The notes under the pieces were generated by a model. The model made no database searches, was not told the DNA's origin, and saw nothing but the letters and a program-made list of their open reading frames with translations. Below, one piece after another: positions 56,340 through 64,000 of a DNA stretch of 64,000 nt. How positions within the stretch are numbered: the first letter of the stretch is position 1; each line of letters starts with the position of its first letter. Origin of the DNA: Octopus sinensis (Eukaryota); NCBI RefSeq assembly GCF_006345805.1, contig NC_043003.1, positions 54,746,001 to 54,810,000 of the forward strand, written 5' to 3'. The position numbers and the translations under genes are program-made.

Positions 56340-56520
56340 GCGGTCAGACACTACATGAGGAGTAGACAACGAAGCATTTTTATTCTCTCCTCTTTTATTT
56401 TCTAGTGTCCCTTTCTGTTGAAGGGCGTAGGCTCGAAATGTAACAGACTTTGTCACCTTCCCGATCGTTAAACTAATATACCTGTCTTTGTCTTTTGTTT
56501 TTAGTTTTTTTTGTAAATTC

Positions 56521-56526
<6 letters not shown>
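56340..56526 (+). mobile_element. PLE terminal-repeat family 1; HHR-like motif at 56411-56446
   Basis: CTTT-CTGTTGA-A-GGGC-GTAG-GCTC-GAAAT-GTA; ends at (TA)n. Confidence 0.75.
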
Positions 56527-56568
<42 letters not shown>

Positions 56569-57039
56569 TACATACACACATTCCTACACACACACGTACA
56601 TACACGCACACGCATGCACACATACGCGCAGACACGCATGAACACACACATAAACGCTTACACACATACATGCACCTACATACACACATCCGTACATACA
56701 CGGGTACGCATACACACAGGCATACTCACACTTACATACAAGCACACACACACACTGCAAGCAAAACACACACACACACACAATACATATACATGCACGC
56801 ACACACACATACTTCAGAATACCAGTACCTTCCACTGACCATTCTCCTACGTACATGGGTGGGTAGAGACACAATAAGAGTCACTCTTGCTATCATCCTT
56901 CTTATGATCGTAAACGATACTAAGCCCAACCATACACATAGATTAACAGCCGCAACCACACACACACACACACACAAGTGCTATCATTACACACACACAC
57001 ACACACACACAAGTGCTATCATTACACACACACAGACCT

Positions 57040-57345
57040 GCGCGCACGCATATGCCCATACATATACACACATACCTCCTTCTCTTGCACTCTCCTGTCT
57101 TTGAAAGAACTTTTTCTTCACCCATTCCCTTCCGGTAATTCAATATGTAACCGCGTGTGTATCGTTGGCGATTTCTTTTCCTCCGTTTTCCCTTCCTTGG
57201 ATCTTTCCTTTTCCTATGTTTCTGACAAAGAGTTCCGTTCGAAACGTTAAACTCTCCTTCTTTCTTTGCTTTCTTCAGCGTCCAATAACACTATACGTCC
57301 TCGCGTTGTGTCTTCTCTTTGTGTTTTCATGTTTGGATTAACTAC
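57040..57345 (+). mobile_element. PLE terminal-repeat family 2; HHR-like motif at 57218-57252
   Basis: GTTT-CTGACAA-A-GAGT-TCC-GTTC-GAAAC-GTT-AAAC (stem I GTTT/AAAC); preceded by a CA-rich tract from ~56560. Confidence 0.75.
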
Positions 57346-57355
57346 ACACACACAC

Positions 57356-57427
<72 letters not shown>

Positions 57428-60400
57428 ATGTGTGTGTGTATGTGTGTGTGTGTGTATGTGTGTGTGTGTATACATTTATATACGTATATATGTACACGTG
57501 CGTCTCTCATCTCTTAGAATAGTTAGCGCTATCCCTTTGCATCAATCAGTGCAAACGTCAAGGGAAATGGGAAGCTGAGCTCGAAAATCATGCTTTCCTC
57601 AAACCTCACATGTTATCAAAGAAAATTCAGTGTATATTTAGGAAGAAAAGCGGATCATCGACATCACGTTAATCTGTTTGAATTTGTGCCATCGGAATAG
57701 CAATTTCCATGTGACGAGGCAATTTTACACACAAAGAAAACAATTAAAACTCATTTATGATGCAGACTATTAGCATGTACCACCTATGTTAGTGTCGTTA
57801 GTGTCTCACCTACGGTTAGCCCCGAACAAGAAAAAATGTCTTAAAAAAAGCATTCCAACTTTGACTATCCGATCCTATTTTAAGGCCCAGGGTATGTTCG
57901 ATAAAATTACCCAGATTTATTTTAAGTTCTAATTAGACATAATGGGTTTGAAGATTATTTAGTTGCTATTCAGACAGTTCAAATGGCCTCTCAGCGTTTC
58001 TCTCGTGGGTTTTTGGCCGATGAGCTATTATCATAGTCAAGTCCCTGTCGTTTGATCATTTACTCCAAACCAATCCAGGAGGAAACATCCTGTCGCGTGT
58101 AGTGCGTGAACCAATAGATTAACATGTCCATTTAGTTAAAGAATACTTGTGTGTGATACCAAATGAGATTTTCGCTAAAATTTTTGCTTAACTGTTAGTC
58201 AAGTCGAGTCTCCTTTTTGTACTCTTATTTATGTGCCTACTACGTTCACACCGAGTTTGATTCTGCGTCTGGTTATGCTCTCATTCTCTTCAATATCTCT
58301 AATTTTATCGACGGCATTTCAGCAGATAATTCCAATTTTTTCTAAATTCGTCATAAGCGTTATCTCACATGCGTTCAATTATTTTTAGTATTATTTCGTT
58401 CATTCGTTCAAACTTTCATTCGTAATTAAGTTTTCGTTCATTTACTCATTTATTTTACTATTTATATGTTCTTTTTCTCAATTTTTAATTTGTCTCGTCT
58501 TTCTTTTACAAAGGTATTCATTTCTATTTTCTTTCAATGGTATATTTTATTTGTTTATATTTTCATATTTCCTTTCCTTCTTTGATACCCAAATGATTTC
58601 TCTGTATACACACACACACACACACACAGATGCACAACTTTCCATTTATAAACAAATAAATAAATATAAATATATATATGCATATATACGCACACATATG
58701 TGCATAAACATGTATGTATATGTGTTCTTATCTTTATTTTTATCTCCTTGCTTCATTCTCTTTTCATCGACATTATTCAGAACGCATTACAAAGTCCCCT
58801 CTTCCTACAGACGGTTTGTGGTGACTACTACATGACGGTTTCTACGATAAAGAAACAAAGGAATATGATAAATTAGGAATAGAATTATTATAAAAACACG
58901 GTCACATGGTCAGTCTTCTAATTTAATGAAGTCTCGTTGCCAGAAACACATGTAAACAAATTACTTGAGTGAAAGCTTCGTTACTCTTACTAAACAGATC
59001 TCAACATGACTGGAGTAATTTGCCTTCAAATTGTGTAGGCACTATACCAAACAATTTAGCCGGCAATACGAATGAGATTGTGTGTGAATTTCTTCTTAAT
59101 GGCCATTAGCGACATAATGGAAATGAAAATTAAATAGATTGAACGATGAATGAATGAATGGAGTCTCCAGGAACTTACCTCTATTTTAACTCTATTTTAC
59201 GGTGTTTCAACGGATATTCGCTGGAATAGAATTAAATAACGAAACAGGTAAAAGGTTGAAGAAGAAAACAAAGACGACGAAGAAAAGCAACTCAAAGTGT
59301 AAACAATTAATTCACGTACACATGCAATATATATATATATATGCAGGCCAAGCAAAACCAACACGTAGGCAGATACTCGACAGACATACACTCGTATAGA
59401 AGGCATATGCACACACATATCTAAATTGTAAACATACACAAAATTCACAAACATACACACACACACTACCCATAAAGCTCGTCATACATACGCATGAACG
59501 TAGCAAACAAATAAACAAATATATACGCACCGTTCATACACGCACATACACACTTACACAAACAGACACACTCACAGATACCCATACATCCACAAGAACG
59601 AAACAGCCATAGAGCCATATGGAGACGTTATACGCATGCAGGCGCATATCCTTCTGGATACACATAACACCCTTAAATACAAGAGTTTGAGTGTGTCTGT
59701 ATATATCCCTCTGTGTGTGTGAGTGAATGAGTGTGTGTGTTGGTGGGTGGGTGTGCATGCGTGTGTGTGCGTCTTGTTGTACAAATCCAGAGACACTATA
59801 ATGCAGTCCCTCTTTTTCTTTAGAACAGATTTCCTCCCTCAGGATGTCTTCTCACACCCACCACTCCTCTTTCGCCGTCCCGACTTTCTGCTTCATTAAC
59901 TTCTCATTGGTTAATGCAAATAAATGAAATGAAGCGACGCTAGCCACAATAAAAATAAATTTCCATCAAGAACCAGGATAGCAAACATCAGCAACAGTGA
60001 TAATTTTGAGAAATCATAATAGTGTGTATAATAATGTTAATAACGAGGACGATGATAATGATGATGATGATGATGAGTTGATGATGATGACGACGACGAT
60101 GATGATGATGATGATGATTTCTTTATTGACCAAACGTGCCGATGGACGTTTAAAGCAAGGATTATAAATATGTTGGAGCTGTATAAATACACAATAAAAA
60201 CTCAGAATTAAATGCGTAGCAATAGAAAACTACAAGTATTTGCTCATAAATGAGAGGTAAACCGTCCCATGGAGAAAACTATTAAATCTCAGTGCATCAT
60301 AAATTTCTTCCAACTGCAATTTCCAAACATGCCAGATATTTTACTTGGGAAGGAATTAGGTCACCATAGACTACGGTCCCAATGGTTCACCCTTTTATCG

Positions 60401-60654
60401 ACATCACTAAGCAAATGCACATGTACAATGTTGCGATGCAGCCTCTGAAGGTCCATGAATAAGGGTCGTTTAAGGATGATGGATGAAACACCCATATTTC
60501 CAGAGGTGAATTGTTCCAACACCAAAGAATTCCTCTCAACTCACGGCTAAGATGCTCCCCCACTACTCCTACTTGTGACAAGAAATGTACATAGCGTCAG
60601 CTACCGAGGGACATAATCAACTGGTTCATGTCAAGCAACTAAGAAGTAAATCTG

Positions 60655-60797
60655 TATTTCGAATTCGGCCGTAGTCGACTTTTCCTGTCATCTTGCCGGG
60701 TTGATAAATTAAGTACAAGTGAAACACACGGGTCGATGTAATTGAATAAATCCCACCCCACACCCATATTTCAGGTCTTGTGCCTTTAGATGAAAGG

Positions 60798-60798
<1 letters not shown>
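60655..60798 (+). mobile_element. SINE family B, 3' part
   Basis: gaattcggccg.agtcgacttt...gataaattaagtac...ggtcgatgtaat...ggtcttgtgcct. Confidence 0.7.
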
Positions 60799-60842
<44 letters not shown>

Positions 60843-60879
60843 GTTGTTGTTGTTGTTGTCGTTGTCGTTGTCGTCGTCG

Positions 60880-60940
<61 letters not shown>

Positions 60941-60960
60941 ATCATCATCATCATCATCAT

Positions 60961-61121
60961 CTTTGCCTTTGCACAGCTAACGCTGGAGATGTCCTACGGT
61001 GTCAGCTATTCACTACCAGTGAACTAAGGTAAAACGTCTTCTTTTTCGAGCACCTTCCGGAGTATCCGAGCGGTTCTAAGCAGTGTTGTTTTCTGCAAGT
61101 GCTCTACCCTTTTTGCCGCCC
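60961..61121 (-). mobile_element. 3' end of a Dong/R4-type (RLE) non-LTR retrotransposon
   Basis: Minus strand 61107-61042 translates as VEHLQKTTLLRTARILRKVLEK (cf. the LQKxxLLGTARILRKVL C-terminus of the R4 clade), followed by a short 3' UTR and a trinucleotide tail. Confidence 0.8.
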
Positions 61122-61130
61122 TTATTTCTC

Positions 61131-61667
61131 ATTATTGACTGAGAGAGCAGAGCATGCAATCAAAGTGACACTTGGGTAAAATATATGAAGCCCAATATAC
61201 CCATCATGACTACCCGTCTGATAAGGGTACGCCAGGCACATGCATCTCAACCATATGTGCGCGACAAGGTGATCCCATACCAGGATAAACAGCACATGAC
61301 CTTGCAGGTGGGGTCCAGGTAGAATTTTCTTCAGGTCGAGTAGCCCATCCTGATTAACGTTCCTTGAATAAGGCTTGTTTAAGGATGTTGAACGAAACAA
61401 CCATGTTTCCAGAGGGGAATTAGTCAAACTCCAAAGAATTCTTCCCAATACATGGCTATAAGGCTCCTAAACTACTTCTTCTCGTGATCAGAGTTGCAGA
61501 TATTGTCAGCAACAAGGGACACACTCAACTTGTTATGGTCAAACAAATGACAAGCAAATATGTGGTATTGAGCAGAATATTGGCTGTAGTCCATCTTTTA
61601 TAACAAGACAACTGTAGCCGATCTTTTATGCTAAGACAAATGTAGCTTGTCTTTTATACCAAGACCA
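61131..61667 (-). mobile_element. Interspersed repeat family C (full copy; partial copy at 60445-60658)
   Basis: Reverse complement of 4324-4774, with a triplicated terminal motif at 61585-61667. Confidence 0.8.
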
Positions 61668-61745
61668 TTTTTATTGTTATTATCATTATTTTCTTCCAAT
61701 TCTGTTTTCATTTCTTGCCGAGTGTCTTCCTGACAACTAGGGCAT

Positions 61746-61888
<143 letters not shown>

Positions 61889-61984
61889 CTACTACTACAT
61901 TGGCGTTGTTATCATCGTTATCGTTGTAGTTTTTGTTGTTATTCTTTAGCTTGTATAGCGCCAGTTATTTTTGCTGAAATTATT

Positions 61985-63183
61985 TTGTTTTGTTTTATTT
62001 TTTCTTAACAACTCTTTACGCAGGAACATCTACTTTACTGCATGAAGGGGTTATGCTGTATGTTGGGCCCTAAAGACCATGTCATCCGGAGAAACTTTCA
62101 CCACATAAGTATTTTAATGTTTAAAAGCCTGGGAACCACATCAGGTCACACGCCCACTGCACTGCGCGAAGAGGTAGGAAAGGAAATAAATTATGTATCT
62201 AAGACGATAGCCTCGAATCATCTTACGCCGACTCAAACAACGCCAGCTTGATTATCGCTAGTGGTATCGAATGAACAATAATAACAACAACGGTAATAAA
62301 AACAACAGCTACAAAAGAAGCAACAGCAAAATAGCGACAACAACAACGACAGTAGACACAGCAGTGGCAGAGGCAACAACAATAAAATCATTGCACATAT
62401 AAGAAGTTTCCCTGTATACTCTGCTGTTTATATGTATGGAGTTGGTGTTAACAACCCTTTAATATTCAGTGTGCTAGGACTGTGTTTTATTTGTGTACAG
62501 ATTTTCCAATATCTGGGATTGTGATTTGTTACTAAAATATTTATTGGTAATCAATCCATGCCATGCTATTTGTTTTTTTTGTTTTTTTTTTCTTAACAAC
62601 TCTTTACGCAGGAACATCTACTTTACTGCATGAAGGGGTTATGCTGTATGTTGGGCCCTAAAGACCATGTCATCCGGAGAAACTTTCACCACATAAGTAT
62701 TTTAATGTTTAAAAGCCTGGGAACCACATCAGGTCACACGCCCACTGCACTGCGCGAAGAGGTAGGAAAGGAAATAAATTATGTATCTAAGACGATAGCC
62801 TCGAATCATCTTACGCCGACTCAAACAACGCCAGCTTGATTATCGCTAGTGGTATCGAATGAACAATAATAACAACAACGGTAATAAAAACAACAGCTAC
62901 AAAAGAAGCAACAGCAAAATAGCGACAACAACAACGACAGTAGACACAGCAGTGGCAGAGGCAACAACAATAAAATCATTGCACATATAAGAAGTTTCCC
63001 TGTATACTCTGCTGTTTATATGTATGGAGTTGGTGTTAACAAACCCTTTAATATTCAGTGTGCTAGGACTGTGTTTTATTTGTGTACAGATTTTCCAATA
63101 TCTGGGATTGTGATTTGTTACTAAAATATTTATTGGTAATCAATCCATGCCATGCTATTTGTTTTTTTGTTTTTTTTTTCTTA
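61985..63183. repeat. 588-bp near-perfect tandem duplication
   Basis: Identical ORFs at 62042 and 62630 (offset 588); junctions lie in T-rich tracts ending in TTTTTCTTA. Confidence 0.97.
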
Positions 63184-64000
63184 TTTTACAGTTTTCGATA
63201 ATTGGTCAAATCACCAGTAGCTGAACCTTCTGGTAATAAATTAATATCTAAGTAAAACAGGACAGACGAGGTAAAATGGATGTAAATCAAAGAAAAAACC
63301 TCAGCAAAAACAAAGTACGAAGATGATGACATTAAGGATATAGTTAAGGTCTTGCACGTATGATATAATGTGCTGAAAAATTCGATTACCTGAGATCCCA
63401 TCCAATTAGTAGACAAAAGCTCTTTCTCCGAGTATTTTCCTTTAAATTGAGAATCACAATATATTGTTTATAACTCTAATAAGATCAGCCAACCGGAAAT
63501 TTGGCATAATGAAGAAAATACAGATATGTGTAGTTTTTGTCTTTGAAGCTAAGAAAGGCAGCGGCCATATTTCAAGGTTATTGGATATTCTTAGCGAAGT
63601 CATGTTTTACCCAGTTGGCAAGACATAATGTGGCGATCATAAACAGAAGCAAAGGGAATATAATCACCGCGTTTAAGAGAATCAGCAATATTGAGGGAAA
63701 GTACCAAGGGAGAGTGTTCATCATGTTCATTACACATATATTAGCTTTCCCAAACGTAAAAATATGAGGTGAAACATTCGGTTATACACGCAATTAACTG
63801 AAAACGTTTCATTCAGGGTTGTCTAAATTTTTGAAACAAACAATCAAGGTAGGCAATATTTGGAAGCAGGCTGCTGGGACGAATTGTTGCCTCTGTCAGA
63901 TATTTATTGATGTTATAACACAGCGGGGTCATAAAATATAATCTATCAGGATATATGTTGCAGTAATTGGTCTATCGACAATGGGTGTACATTATGATAC

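Noticed and set aside
60120-60440. Possible second RLE retrotransposon 3' end on the minus strand (TVVYGDL, FLHGTV)
   Set aside because: The similarity is too weak to support by eye.
63280-63770. Degenerate coding-like sequence and a 76-aa ORF
   Set aside because: Multiple stops and no identifiable family.

Overview
AT-rich, microsatellite-dense eukaryotic DNA, intronic or intergenic. No intact protein-coding gene can be supported, and almost all ORF-track entries are translations of (TA)n/(CA)n/(AAT)n repeats. The SINE types and repeat landscape look like an octopus (coleoid cephalopod) genome; this is inference. The window is a mosaic of mobile-element remnants: several tRNA-derived SINE families, a 5'-truncated Neptune-type Penelope-like element (PLE; RT thumb, Zn linker, GIY-YIG), a decayed CR1-group LINE, a Dong/R4 3' end, a possible BEL/Pao pol relic, mariner, Tc1 and a second Tc1/mariner-type transposon, foldback elements and three tandem duplications. 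The most striking unannotated signal is a set of at least four distinct repeat families that carry minimal type I hammerhead-ribozyme (HHR) motifs. One family has a conserved non-canonical CUGUNGA core. Another is a tRNA-headed (Pol III) SINE-like element whose tail is an HHR and which is inserted as a PLE-style inverted pair, a candidate Penelope-mobilised SINE system. All alignments and folds were done by eye, so coordinates are approximate and family names tentative.
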